DNA of 64,000 nt, taken from IMG/VR virus record IMGVR_UViG_3300032271_000682, positions 1-64,000 of that record; one strand, written 5' to 3'. Positions 12,401 to 21,279 of the stretch are shown one piece after another. The stretch comes from a virus. Made by a program: the position numbers and the translations under genes. Numbering within the stretch: the first letter of the stretch is position 1; every line of letters begins with the position of its first letter. The notes beneath the pieces are model-generated. The model was given only the letters and a program-made list of their open reading frames with translations, ran no database searches and had not been told where the DNA came from.

Positions 12401-15400
12401 AGTACTTTTTACCAGAATTCAATAACGTATACAGTGATGAGCGTGGATTACCCTCGGCTGGATATGTAAATCTCAATGATGTTACGTATATTACATTTAA
12501 TTTAACTGATCTAAATAATAATCCAGACAGTATTAATACACTGTATCGTAGTAATATTATATGGGTAGCTAGCTATATGGGTAGTTGGGACGTGTTTACT
12601 CCTGTTCCTATCGGTAGTCAGATCACTCAAATTACTAACAATTTAGATAACTCAGTAACAGTTACATTTGGTCAATATCATGGACTTTCAAAGTATGATC
12701 CGTTTGTAATATTTCAGTTAGATCCATCAGTAAATGGATACTATCAAGTTGCTTCGGTAGTATCGGCCACTAGTGTTATAGTAGGATTAGTATTAGCTTC
12801 TACCACTACAACAATATCAGGGCCTGGACTAGCATTTAAATTAATTAGTCGTCGTTTCGCTCAAGCAAGTGATCAAGTGTTTGATACGATTCCATACTCT
12901 GAGTTTTATGCTAAAAATAGTTGGGTAGACGAAAATACAGACGGTCAATGGGCAGTTTGGGGTTCTGCTCCAATATATAGTCCAACTCAATTATCATTAT
13001 CAACAGTAGAGGCTGCTCTTGCAGTAGGAACATCAGTTGCATATTCAACAGAAATTGGCTCAATGGTAGCTGATGAACTGTCTGGAATATTGTATCGCTA
13101 CTATCAAGATTCTGATGGTGTAGATCAATTACAAACTATTAGTATCAGTGGATCTTCCGTAGGCACAAATATGGTTGCCACCGGGTCATACTTATTTGCT
13201 AGTGATTCAATGAACGGTCGAGTTTATGTGTTTAAACTTAATACTGCAAATCAATTAGTACTAATTGATACAGTGACTCGTAACAACACAGGAGCAATTG
13301 CAGTAAGTACTGACGTTCAATGGTTATATATAGCTAACACTGTTACAAAAACTGTATTTGTATATTCATTAAATGATTCTACTAGTACATATAGTTATGT
13401 AAATTCAGTGATTGGCCCTTCAACTGCTATTGGATTTGGTACTAGTATTGCTACTAGTATAGATGGTACTAAATTAATTGTTGGCGCTCCAGATCAAAAT
13501 TTACCAACTACCAACTTTACAATAGCTAAAGCTGGAGCAACATATGTCTATAGTAGATCATATCAGAATTTCTTATCAACTGGATCTACTACTTACGTTA
13601 CGTTCAATACTATTCCAAATAATATTGCTGATGTTTATGTAAATGATGTATTGATAACTAGTGGAGTAACTGTCAGTGGATCTACTGTTACGTTTACTAC
13701 TGCCCCTGCTTATGGATCATTAGTCACTGTTAGTTATGGTTACATGACTCAAGTACAAATGATGTTGAGTGCTCAACCCATCAATGGTGGTAATTTTGGA
13801 ATTAGCGTCTCTACTAACAAATACGCGGCTCAAATATTAATAGGAACTCCGTTTGAATTATCAACTGCTAATAATATTCCTAATGTTCAGGGAGCAGTTT
13901 ATCGTTGGACTAATAGTGGTCAGCAATACGGTTCTATTATCGGAACAGTTGCTAGTTCAGTATCAGGAACAATGTTCATTGATGGCTATAGAGTCAATTT
14001 CAATGGATTAGCCGCTGATATCGTCGATCAAATCAATACTCAAACTCCAAGTAATATTAAAGCAATTGCAATTGATAACGTATTACAAATTGGAATTATC
14101 AATGGAACACAAGAATTTGTTAACAATGTCATTGATCTAGTTGCTACTGAAGCAGTGTTGTCTCAGTTAGGTATTACACTGTATACTAGCACTCAAGTAA
14201 TTGTTAGTCCAACACTTAACAGCACTGGACAGTTTGGTTCACTAGTAGCAATGGGAAATGATAATAGTTTGATAATCACCGACCCTATCGCAAGACCATT
14301 AAGCGAAACTACATTTGACTATAGCGCACAGGGACAATCTATATCTAATCTTAATAATTATACTATATTCGACAATGGTAGTACCACATACGTGGATACA
14401 TTTGGTCAAATTGGTGTTGTTTATGAGTTTAATTATTTGCCAGCATACAATGAAAGCATTAGTAATGTTGGAAATTATGTATTCGGTCAGTATATTCAAT
14501 CAATATATCGTGTTGGAATTTCAAAATCTCCTAAGTTTGGTACTAGCATTGCTAACAATGATGGAGTAATTGTAGTCGCGTCTCCCACATGGTATGCCAA
14601 TGGAGACGGAATAGCTTTTAAATTTGCTCCAGTCAATCAATCTACTAGTTGGTACTTAGATAAAACTCCATTGCCAATGGTAGATGTGAATAAATTAAAT
14701 TATATTAGCATCTATGATACTATTACAAATGAAACCTTAGGTTATCTAGATTATATTGATCCAGTTCAAGGAAAACAATTAGCGGCTGTCACAACTAACT
14801 TAGATTATATTCAGTCAAATGATCCTGCTAGTTACGTACAGGGTCTAATATGGACTATTAAGCAGGTTGGTAGCACATGGCTGGACACCACTAATCTACG
14901 TATGTTAAATTATAATCAACCAGACATTGTATATAACTCTAAGATTTGGGGTCAAGCATTTCCTGGTAGTTTAGCTGATATATACACTTGGGTTCAAAGC
15001 TCAGTAGCTCCAATTAATTGGACTAGTGGCGGCATTGTTGTAAATTATAATTTATTTAATACAACTATTGTTCAAGATAGATCCAGTGGAGCTCTTGTTA
15101 CTAATTATTTCTTCTGGGTTAAGAACTTCAATGAAATTTCATCAACCAAAACATTGAGTCCATTAACTATTAGTCAGTATGTATTAAATCCATTAAATAG
15201 TGGAATCTCATATTTAGCTGCTATAACAACTAATGTTGTAGCACTAATGAATAATAGCTCAAACATAAGAAGCAATAGTAGTGCGCTACACATTGGTTAT
15301 AGTACTGGAACTAATACAGATGAAAAGCATACTAGTTGGACATTGATTCAAGAAAATAATTCTGATAGCTTTTTGCCAGGATTACCAACGGCGATTAATT

Positions 15401-18400
15401 CAGAACCAACTAGCTTATACTTAAAGTATTTAGATAGTTTTGCTGGGCAAAATAGACTTGGAATATATATTCCTAGTACTAAGCAACCACTATTAACTCA
15501 ATTTGGAGTTGACTATTATCAAAGTATGTATGTCAATAGGCTTACAGCTTTAAATAACTATATACAGTATGCTAATGATATACTAATCAAATTACCTATA
15601 GCAGAAACAAGAAATTTTTACTTCTTGAATAAAGTTGGCGCATCATATGATACAACTAAATTCTGGGAATATACTGACTGGTGGGCTCCTGGATATAATT
15701 CTAGTACGATAGCAGTAGTTGAAGTTCAGTACTATGCTGATCTACAGACTATACAGTCTAATCAATTAATAGACAGTACTACTACACTTATTCTTGGACT
15801 TCAAGACGGATTGATTGCTAGAGTAACTGGTAGCAACAGTGGCAATGCACAAACATATGTATATAATATGGCAACTGGATGGGTATTGATTGGAATCCAA
15901 AACGGTACAATTCAAATCTTGTCTACATTGTATACAGATCCATATGGATGGGATAGTAATTCTTATGATACTGCTCCATTTGATGCCACGTATGCTCAAG
16001 AAACTTACTATATTATTCGTTGGTTAAATGAACAATGTTATATCAATGAACTTGAAATTGAACGTAACAATAGTTTGATATTAATGTTCAATTATATGAC
16101 CAGTGAGTCACTAGAACAGCAGAATTATTTAAACTGGCTTAATAAGACCAGCTTAATTAATGTTAGTCATAAAGTTCGTGAATTGCTGCCATATAAAAAA
16201 TATCAAGCGGATAATCAAGAATTTTTAGTAGGCTACTTAAACGAAGTTAAGCCGTATCACGTTAAGATCAATGATTTCTTATTCACTTATCCTGGTCTGG
16301 ACATATACACTGGCAACATCAGTGATTTTGATTTGCCTGCTCAGTATTATGCTCGTAATGGACAATTTGAAAGTCCTCAATTAGTATATACTAATCCGAA
16401 TAATAATTTTAATGAGTATTTGCCAACAAGTGATATTTGGAATCAACAGGAATATACAAATTGGTTTAACAACTATGGACTGAGTATTACTAATGAGAAT
16501 AGTATTACTAATATAACTCAGACAAGTGAACCAATAACATCATCAAGTTTAATTATTCCAGTTAAAAATTCATATGGATTCCCAACTAGTGGAACAATTA
16601 TAATTGGTGAAGAAAAAATATCATACTCTAGTATAAATCATTTACTGTCAGAATTGATTGTAACTTATCGTGGAGCAGATAATACTATTGCAACCTCTCA
16701 TTCAGCAAACTCTAATATCACTGCTATATTACCAGCAGTAATTGTTATAGATGGAGGAAGAGGATACATAGAGCCGCCTATAGTTACCGTATCTATAGAT
16801 ACAACTGAGTATTCAAGTCCTAGAGCTCCAGCAATACTATCTTGTGTGATGAGCAATCAAACTGTTTCTACTATTAATGTAGTAGACGCTGGTTCTGGAT
16901 ATGCCACAGCTCCGGTTATAATTATAGCAGCAAGCAGTATTAGTTCTACATTCACATCAACTGATATTGATTTAGTAGAAAATACTATTACTATTACTGG
17001 ACATCCTTTTGTCACTGGCGATTCAATTACCTATCGTTACAATGTTCTTACCACCGTTGCTCCTGTTGGATTGCAAAATAATGAATATTATTATGTAAGA
17101 TCAATTGACGTGGATACTATTGCTTTATACAATACTATCAGAGGAGCATATGACGTAACTAAGTTGCCAATATTTGATACAGATAGAATAGACTTGATTA
17201 CAGTAGGATCTGGAACAGATAATATATTGGCAGTAACAGCTAAGGCAATCGCATTCAATGGTGGTCAACCAGTTCGTGAAGTTACTACTACTATTAAGTT
17301 TGATAGAATAAGTTATGGTAGTAAAATTACTAGCTGGGGCGGAGGCATTACATATATTGCTCTTATAAGTTTAGTTACATATGCAGGAAAACTATGGCAA
17401 TGTATTAATTCCAATACTTCTTCGACATTTGTATATGAAGACTGGGTTCAAATATACAGCGATAATAGTATGTTAAATGCTGCTGACAGAGTAGCGGCTT
17501 TCTATGATCCAACCGCTAATATGTCAGGCAATGATCTTAGACAATTAATTACTGGAGTAGAATATCCTAACTCAATAGTGTTGGGAGAACCATTTGATTA
17601 TGGATTAAAAACTTGGGATTCTACTGGATGGGATGTTAACTTATGGGATCAAGATGTTACGTTTAATATTGATGCTAACGTACAAAGTCCTTCATTTAAC
17701 TACGACGTATTGACAAATCCAACCGTATATGATATTCAGGGTGGAAGATTCCAAGATGGATATGGGCCAGAAGAATTAGTTCCTGGAATTGTCACCGATG
17801 AATTAGAGTTCAATGTAACTACTGATCCTGCTACGCTGCCTGGAACGTATCTAAACTTTAGAATTCAAGTGAACAAGTATGGAGTTGGATCAGTATATAA
17901 TACTAATCCTTATACACAAACCACGCTTACTGAAGACTTTGTAAGTCGTAATAGTATCGCTGACGTACTATATGTAAGCGATGCCAGTGTATTAGTAGAT
18001 ACAACTATTACTAGCGGAACTACCGATATCAATGGCGTAATAATAGTTGAGGGTAATATGTCATTGATAGTTGCTCCGATTACAATTGATATTGATACTC
18101 AATTTGATGCAGTTCAAATTCCTGGAACCAATTTTATATCAATCACTATATACGGAATTACACCTCCTGTTGCTGTTACAGTGACAGTACATCAGGGTAA
18201 TATGTTATTAGTTAATAGTGAATATATACAGTTTACTGAGATTGATTTGACTGCTAATACAGTTACAGGACTATTACGTGGAAGAATGGGTTCAATTACC
18301 AATGACTTTATTGCCAGTGGTGCCATTGTTCAAAGTGTTCTTAGTAGAGATATGTTACCAGAAGAGTACTACTATCAATGGTGGTATAATAGTGCAGCAT

Positions 18401-18510
18401 GGGACAATGTTCCTTGGGACAATCAGCCATGGGATGCAACATTTGTTAGTGAAACATTAGAAGAAAGTACTACTGTTCCTGCCGAATTCTTAAAACAACA
18501 GTCTGCGTGA
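6469..18510 (+). CDS. Very large (4013 aa) baseplate/tail structural protein with FG-GAP-like repeats, CBM5/12-like modules and triple WD motifs
   Basis: Follows the gp6-like gene. FG.S.A....L.VGAP repeats, WAPYVKYPQGSVITFKGNYW module, EVKPYHVKI motif; Thr/Asn/Ser-rich beta-type composition. Confidence 0.75.
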   Translation: MATQVRTLDFLPDVFRTDTNAQFLSATLDQLVQQPDFARVEGFIGQKYGYAVEPTDKYVVEPTQSRSNYQLDPSVIFLKDSTQTAKDFINYPGMVSALDSQGAITNNNNRLFENQFYSWDSFTDLDMMVNYSQYYWIPNGPDAVSVATNNVYTLDNYIVVNGINGYTVNGISQKNPTLTLLRGGTYTFQVDQTSKFWIQGVPGLSGYGTNDNVSTRDILGVTNNGTIKGTVTFTVPQKNAQQQYTLPGNNLVNIVTTLQFNEINGQTIATVNNIDGVTQLDGQTLMFYDNNDLSTQIYYYVVSVAPVTGIITLTQADAIINNELIISTSGTIYVARNFYRDNTGTIQLIPYISAVLDTLYYQDETNPLNVGRINLIDSNTTNVININDIIGATNYVSPNGVTFINGLKVVFESPTIPTNYQNTQYYVAGVGTAINLLPVNQYLSFESGGEGIYIPWDYNPWDSTVWDQSIYVPLASDYLTINRDSRDRNAWSRSNRWFNEQVINATALYNGVATTSTANTPVRAQRPIIQFYGNLGLFNTGTQFLGFVNLFDNTTTNAFLQVAGQTSYTIDGIELYSGQTVIFNADLNEGVRQSIFEVGFAPTGPDNTEVITLTPTPRIRWWTDQFDSVYDTNLELIATNNNQIYVSSGTKYAGTGWRFSETFSGVDTDGFWIESQLKTSVNQAPLFDVYDINGYSLSNLAYYPGTTFTGTKLFSYTSGTGSNDSVLGFPIAYSSASSIGDILFTVNLNSDTFNYQQGTTTVTNNISIGFIYDYLTANTPVNQTGYVDAYRASAQYQVFQFTVQFILATVNQTSFTCDILVTNNGIIDPHNVYYNDVLLSDSEYSVTTNIVSNTTTITLSFPTAVGSQVTVLLYSDQVSATAYYEIPSNLQNNPFNTNITSVNVGDLKNQYYSIFSNSLGTTGTIFGPNNIYNLGNLSRYGTAIIQSSAPMVLPGVFLRRQELNVFEALQYNSEQYIEYKTLLVNLTDQNDFSIYTTPSKMLDTIVYQISTIKNSSDSFFWSDMFPSGSPYVTNQYTYTFPVSTVTLPLNKVYNFTSSNYNGVLIYLTTVVNSQSVTIQLISGVDYVVSDISPQVVVNYNIVDGDVITVNEYNQTYGQYCPNTPTKLGLYKSYIPAVILDTTYTTPTYFILGHDGSYNTLYGEYIDGHLNDFRDQVLLEFESRVYNNLKIKSVIPLQAEDVIPGQFRTTDYTWAEYIEIYQTNFLKWVGANRVDYKTQVYTKSNQFTYNYNQSTNKLTGELLQQGYWRGLYDWFYDTSNPAAAPWGMLGFANEPTWWSSRYGAAPYTSDNTLMWTEISEGFIWNDGASYVNPLYIRDGLLSVLPVDAQGSLVSPLPTVVKNYNSLTFQRIWAVGDQGPAETSYLRSSSWPFDLMRLLALTKPAKFFNLFVDRDLYVLDETSGQYLYDQRYHLDSRAIQVYGNGTSKASYINWVVDYINQRGVNGTDAVTTILKNIDVRLTYNVAGFSAKEYLSFLIEKSTPNSLNSTLLIPDNSYKVLVYNNVPEQQLVYSSIVIQKTPNGYTVWGNSKTNPYFTVAVPAGGGKETITVANTSVQVSTSFSNTTALIPYGTLYYSSQGVSEFIQTYGQYLVDSGMKFEYTTNTVVYNWQNMISQFLNWTQQYWEIGSTISLNPAAKLMQLVSPGLSVRPLDTQFNYILNQNLLSLQNQNVSIIRENESFSVQVLSDGDTIALSNLHLSSIESAVIFDNYTVFNDTIYDLVTGLRQDRLLLQGFKSANWTGYMNAPGFIISQNNIQDWAPYVKYPQGSVITFKGNYWTAIELVQPNAQFSQEQWKYVEQNQIQFGLLPNPSTNAYESLYYYDTKNPSLSNDKDLLAYSLIGYRPRKYLEDADLSLITQVNVYQNIIQEKGTNLIANSFKSANLLQGQIDYNVSENWIIKTGSFGTISNSNFVEVLLDQSLLTSNPTLIGFTENSVPVTGVEQNVNVTNLINWGTQPTSQYFLPEFNNVYSDERGLPSAGYVNLNDVTYITFNLTDLNNNPDSINTLYRSNIIWVASYMGSWDVFTPVPIGSQITQITNNLDNSVTVTFGQYHGLSKYDPFVIFQLDPSVNGYYQVASVVSATSVIVGLVLASTTTTISGPGLAFKLISRRFAQASDQVFDTIPYSEFYAKNSWVDENTDGQWAVWGSAPIYSPTQLSLSTVEAALAVGTSVAYSTEIGSMVADELSGILYRYYQDSDGVDQLQTISISGSSVGTNMVATGSYLFASDSMNGRVYVFKLNTANQLVLIDTVTRNNTGAIAVSTDVQWLYIANTVTKTVFVYSLNDSTSTYSYVNSVIGPSTAIGFGTSIATSIDGTKLIVGAPDQNLPTTNFTIAKAGATYVYSRSYQNFLSTGSTTYVTFNTIPNNIADVYVNDVLITSGVTVSGSTVTFTTAPAYGSLVTVSYGYMTQVQMMLSAQPINGGNFGISVSTNKYAAQILIGTPFELSTANNIPNVQGAVYRWTNSGQQYGSIIGTVASSVSGTMFIDGYRVNFNGLAADIVDQINTQTPSNIKAIAIDNVLQIGIINGTQEFVNNVIDLVATEAVLSQLGITLYTSTQVIVSPTLNSTGQFGSLVAMGNDNSLIITDPIARPLSETTFDYSAQGQSISNLNNYTIFDNGSTTYVDTFGQIGVVYEFNYLPAYNESISNVGNYVFGQYIQSIYRVGISKSPKFGTSIANNDGVIVVASPTWYANGDGIAFKFAPVNQSTSWYLDKTPLPMVDVNKLNYISIYDTITNETLGYLDYIDPVQGKQLAAVTTNLDYIQSNDPASYVQGLIWTIKQVGSTWLDTTNLRMLNYNQPDIVYNSKIWGQAFPGSLADIYTWVQSSVAPINWTSGGIVVNYNLFNTTIVQDRSSGALVTNYFFWVKNFNEISSTKTLSPLTISQYVLNPLNSGISYLAAITTNVVALMNNSSNIRSNSSALHIGYSTGTNTDEKHTSWTLIQENNSDSFLPGLPTAINSEPTSLYLKYLDSFAGQNRLGIYIPSTKQPLLTQFGVDYYQSMYVNRLTALNNYIQYANDILIKLPIAETRNFYFLNKVGASYDTTKFWEYTDWWAPGYNSSTIAVVEVQYYADLQTIQSNQLIDSTTTLILGLQDGLIARVTGSNSGNAQTYVYNMATGWVLIGIQNGTIQILSTLYTDPYGWDSNSYDTAPFDATYAQETYYIIRWLNEQCYINELEIERNNSLILMFNYMTSESLEQQNYLNWLNKTSLINVSHKVRELLPYKKYQADNQEFLVGYLNEVKPYHVKINDFLFTYPGLDIYTGNISDFDLPAQYYARNGQFESPQLVYTNPNNNFNEYLPTSDIWNQQEYTNWFNNYGLSITNENSITNITQTSEPITSSSLIIPVKNSYGFPTSGTIIIGEEKISYSSINHLLSELIVTYRGADNTIATSHSANSNITAILPAVIVIDGGRGYIEPPIVTVSIDTTEYSSPRAPAILSCVMSNQTVSTINVVDAGSGYATAPVIIIAASSISSTFTSTDIDLVENTITITGHPFVTGDSITYRYNVLTTVAPVGLQNNEYYYVRSIDVDTIALYNTIRGAYDVTKLPIFDTDRIDLITVGSGTDNILAVTAKAIAFNGGQPVREVTTTIKFDRISYGSKITSWGGGITYIALISLVTYAGKLWQCINSNTSSTFVYEDWVQIYSDNSMLNAADRVAAFYDPTANMSGNDLRQLITGVEYPNSIVLGEPFDYGLKTWDSTGWDVNLWDQDVTFNIDANVQSPSFNYDVLTNPTVYDIQGGRFQDGYGPEELVPGIVTDELEFNVTTDPATLPGTYLNFRIQVNKYGVGSVYNTNPYTQTTLTEDFVSRNSIADVLYVSDASVLVDTTITSGTTDINGVIIVEGNMSLIVAPITIDIDTQFDAVQIPGTNFISITIYGITPPVAVTVTVHQGNMLLVNSEYIQFTEIDLTANTVTGLLRGRMGSITNDFIASGAIVQSVLSRDMLPEEYYYQWWYNSAAWDNVPWDNQPWDATFVSETLEESTTVPAEFLKQQSA

Positions 18511-18525
18511 TGACTAAATAATATA

Positions 18526-18669
18526 ATGAATGATAAAGTTAAACCTATTGTAATGCAGCAATCACCCGCTAAAAAACCAAATGAAAATGTTGGATTTAGA
18601 TTTAGCAGCGCGGTTACAATAAAAGACCCAGAAACCAATAAAGTATTGGTTCAATTAAGATGTAGTTAA
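18526..18669 (+). CDS. Small virion-module protein (47 aa; missing from the ORF track)
   Basis: MNDKVKP...GFRFSSAVTIKDPETNKVLVQLRCS. Late box ACTAAATA 5 nt before the ATG. Resembles the N-terminus of the next gene (GFLKIYDPNTGEV). Confidence 0.7.
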   Translation: MNDKVKPIVMQQSPAKKPNENVGFRFSSAVTIKDPETNKVLVQLRCS

Positions 18670-18680
18670 CGGATAAAAAT

Positions 18681-19298
18681 ATGAAGACAAACATTACGCT
18701 AGATGTACGAGGATTTCTTAAGATATATGATCCCAATACTGGAGAAGTATTTGAAGAAAAAAATAATGCAATCAACTACGAAACAATGTCTCAATCATTG
18801 GCTCTTACGTTGAGTGATCGTGGTTATGGGCAAATTTATCAAATGGCATTTGGTAATGGTGCTGCTAGTATTGATAGCACTGGATTAATAACCTATCTTC
18901 CTCCAAACGTAACTGGCATTAATGCCTCATTATATAATCAGACATATGAAAAAATTGTTGATGATACACTGGTTAGTAACACTGATCCATTAAACAATAA
19001 TATGACCGTTAATCATGTAGTTGGTAACATGTATACTGATATACTAGTAAAATGTTTACTAAATTACGGAGAACCGGGTGGTCAAATGGCATTTGACAAT
19101 GGAACTCAAACTGATAGTACATATACATTTGATGAGTTGGGATTATTAGCAAATTACGGTTTAGATCAAGAAGGAAATATACAAACCGTACTACTGACTC
19201 ATGTAGTATTTGCTCCAATTCAAAAAGCTCTCAATCGTCAAATTCAAATTGATTATACAGTTAGAATTCAAGCACTAACCAACTTAATAACAATTTAA
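18681..19298 (+). CDS. Putative baseplate/tail-fibre attachment protein
   Basis: MAFGNG...TFDELGL...LLTHVVFAPIQKALNRQIQIDYTVRI resembles fibre-socket/baseplate N-terminal domains. Structural gene context. Confidence 0.55.
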   Translation: MKTNITLDVRGFLKIYDPNTGEVFEEKNNAINYETMSQSLALTLSDRGYGQIYQMAFGNGAASIDSTGLITYLPPNVTGINASLYNQTYEKIVDDTLVSNTDPLNNNMTVNHVVGNMYTDILVKCLLNYGEPGGQMAFDNGTQTDSTYTFDELGLLANYGLDQEGNIQTVLLTHVVFAPIQKALNRQIQIDYTVRIQALTNLITI

Positions 19299-19351
19299 TT
19301 ATGATAAATAAACATATATATTTTAAACATACTAAAGGAAATATCTAGATC

Positions 19352-20311
19352 ATGGCTTATACACTTACCTATTCTTTAGGAACTATAACAGTTGTTGACA
19401 CAACTATTAACACTAGCACGAGTTTGAGTTTGCCTGGAAGAAATTTTTCTGGGTACGGGGCAGCCGTTGATCAGAATCAACTATCTCTACTAGAAAATTT
19501 TGCTAGTTATACTTCTGGTCCTGTTAACCCTATTCCAGGACAAACATGGTATAATAATGCTAATACTACCCTCAATGTTAACGTGAGTGCAAATGCAACT
19601 CCGATTTGGCAAACTTTGACTGTTAGTGGAAGCAATGCTAACATTACATACGGAAATCTAACAGTTACTGGATTGGGTACATTTGGAAATTTAATCGTTA
19701 CTGGACTTGGTACATTTGGAAATCTATCAGTTACGGGAACAGGCACATTTGGAAATCTATCAGTTCTAGGAAATTTAACAGTACTTAACACAGAAACAGT
19801 GGCCAATTTGTCTGTTACTAGTAGATTAACCACAAGAGTAATCACCACAGGCGCTAATACTACTACTGGAAACTTAACTGGTACGTGGACATTAACAGCC
19901 GGAAGTTCTCTTAATGCTACTTATGCCGACTTGGGTGAAAGATTTGAAGCAGATGCTGAGTATGAAACTGGCACGGTAGTAGAATTAGGCGGGTCAAAAG
20001 AAATTACAGCAGTAGTAGATGATGCTAGTGACAATGTATTTGGCGTTATTAGTAGCAGCATGGGTTACTTGATGAATAGTGCTGCTGGGCCACAAACTAC
20101 TCATCCAGCAATCGCAATGACTGGTAGAGTTCCAGTTAAAGTTCGAGGCCAAGTTCGCAAGGGAAATCGTTTGGTATCTGCTGGCGGTGGTTATGCCAGA
20201 GCAGCAAAAGTTGGGGAAGCTACTTCATTCAATACAGTTGGAAGAAGTTTAGAAGATAAACTCACTGATGATGACGGAAAGATATTAGCAGCAGTAAGCG
20301 TTAAGTTATAA
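19352..20311 (+). CDS. Short tail fibre with a C-terminal intramolecular-chaperone (peptidase G2-like) domain
   Basis: N-terminal LPGRNFSGYG...LLENFAS..P.NP.PGQ.WY anchor, 11-aa repeats, C-terminal YADLGERFEAD.EY..GTVV.LGG...IAMTGRVPVKV.G.V.KG.RLVS. Confidence 0.75.
   Translation: MAYTLTYSLGTITVVDTTINTSTSLSLPGRNFSGYGAAVDQNQLSLLENFASYTSGPVNPIPGQTWYNNANTTLNVNVSANATPIWQTLTVSGSNANITYGNLTVTGLGTFGNLIVTGLGTFGNLSVTGTGTFGNLSVLGNLTVLNTETVANLSVTSRLTTRVITTGANTTTGNLTGTWTLTAGSSLNATYADLGERFEADAEYETGTVVELGGSKEITAVVDDASDNVFGVISSSMGYLMNSAAGPQTTHPAIAMTGRVPVKVRGQVRKGNRLVSAGGGYARAAKVGEATSFNTVGRSLEDKLTDDDGKILAAVSVKL
19652..19785 (+). repeat. 33-bp tandem repeat encoding GNL(T/I/S)VTG(L/T)GTF (about 4 copies)
   Basis: GNLTVTGLGTF-GNLIVTGLGTF-GNLSVTGTGTF-GNLSVLGNLTV. 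Confidence 0.85.
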
Positions 20312-20337
20312 ATTTTGGTCAATCAGGAGAACTATAA

Positions 20338-21267
20338 ATGACATATGTCCGAGGTGGATTGATACAAGCAGTAGACTACAATGGATTTGTTAGTACTGGG
20401 TCACCCAATCTAAATGAAATATGGTCTGTTGGTAGCAACGCTATTGGATATGGTCAAACTGCATTAAGTACAGTAGCCGCTTCTGATTTAGTTGAAGCAG
20501 TTAGTTGGTATGATTTAGTTAACTCTATTAATAATGTAGCTTTACATCAGGGCACTACAATAGCTACTATAACTCCTCCTACCACAAATGATACTATTAC
20601 TTTTGAAGCCGATCTAGCAACAAACTTAAGTAATATCTATACTGGAAGATTAAATTGTTCAACCAACGGGACCGATATTACCGATACTGGAACTAGAACT
20701 GCGGCTTGGGGTACGGCTGCTGCAGCACCGTATGTTGTAAGTACCGTCACTGTAACTTTTGGAAGTGCAAATGAAGCCAGATATTTCTTTAATACCGGTG
20801 GTGCAGTATTAGTTAGTTGTAGTAGAACTGGAGGTAGTGTCTCCGTTCCTAATACTACATGGACCACATTGTGTAATGATATTGGAACTATTGGTCTTCC
20901 AGCTGTTCTTACTGCTCAAACAATAGCCGCGGCCAGTTATGTTGGACTGACCAAATTTGGAGGAGGAGGAGTAACTCCTACTATATACACTAGATTCGGA
21001 TATTATAATCTAACTGGGACTCCGTTAATATTATTCAGACAGTTCGCGGTAACTGGTGTATATACAAGTGACTACATTCAATTAACATACAGTTTTGTTA
21101 CTAATGTATTGACCATATCTGTAAGATTCGTAGATTCTATCGGAGATGCTACTAGTATTGATGGCAATCTAAGCGTGACTGCTGTAGCTAGACCGTCCGA
21201 ATCTACTTATATTTCAAACAGTTGGGGTACTCCTGTAGTTGATGTAACAGTCCCGACATACCCATAA
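20338..21267 (+). CDS. Virion/tail-fibre-associated protein (paralog 1)
   Basis: Thr/Ser-rich and alignable end to end with 21280-22212. SD aggaga. Confidence 0.65.
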   Translation: MTYVRGGLIQAVDYNGFVSTGSPNLNEIWSVGSNAIGYGQTALSTVAASDLVEAVSWYDLVNSINNVALHQGTTIATITPPTTNDTITFEADLATNLSNIYTGRLNCSTNGTDITDTGTRTAAWGTAAAAPYVVSTVTVTFGSANEARYFFNTGGAVLVSCSRTGGSVSVPNTTWTTLCNDIGTIGLPAVLTAQTIAAASYVGLTKFGGGGVTPTIYTRFGYYNLTGTPLILFRQFAVTGVYTSDYIQLTYSFVTNVLTISVRFVDSIGDATSIDGNLSVTAVARPSESTYISNSWGTPVVDVTVPTYP

Positions 21268-21279
21268 CTGGAAAAATAA

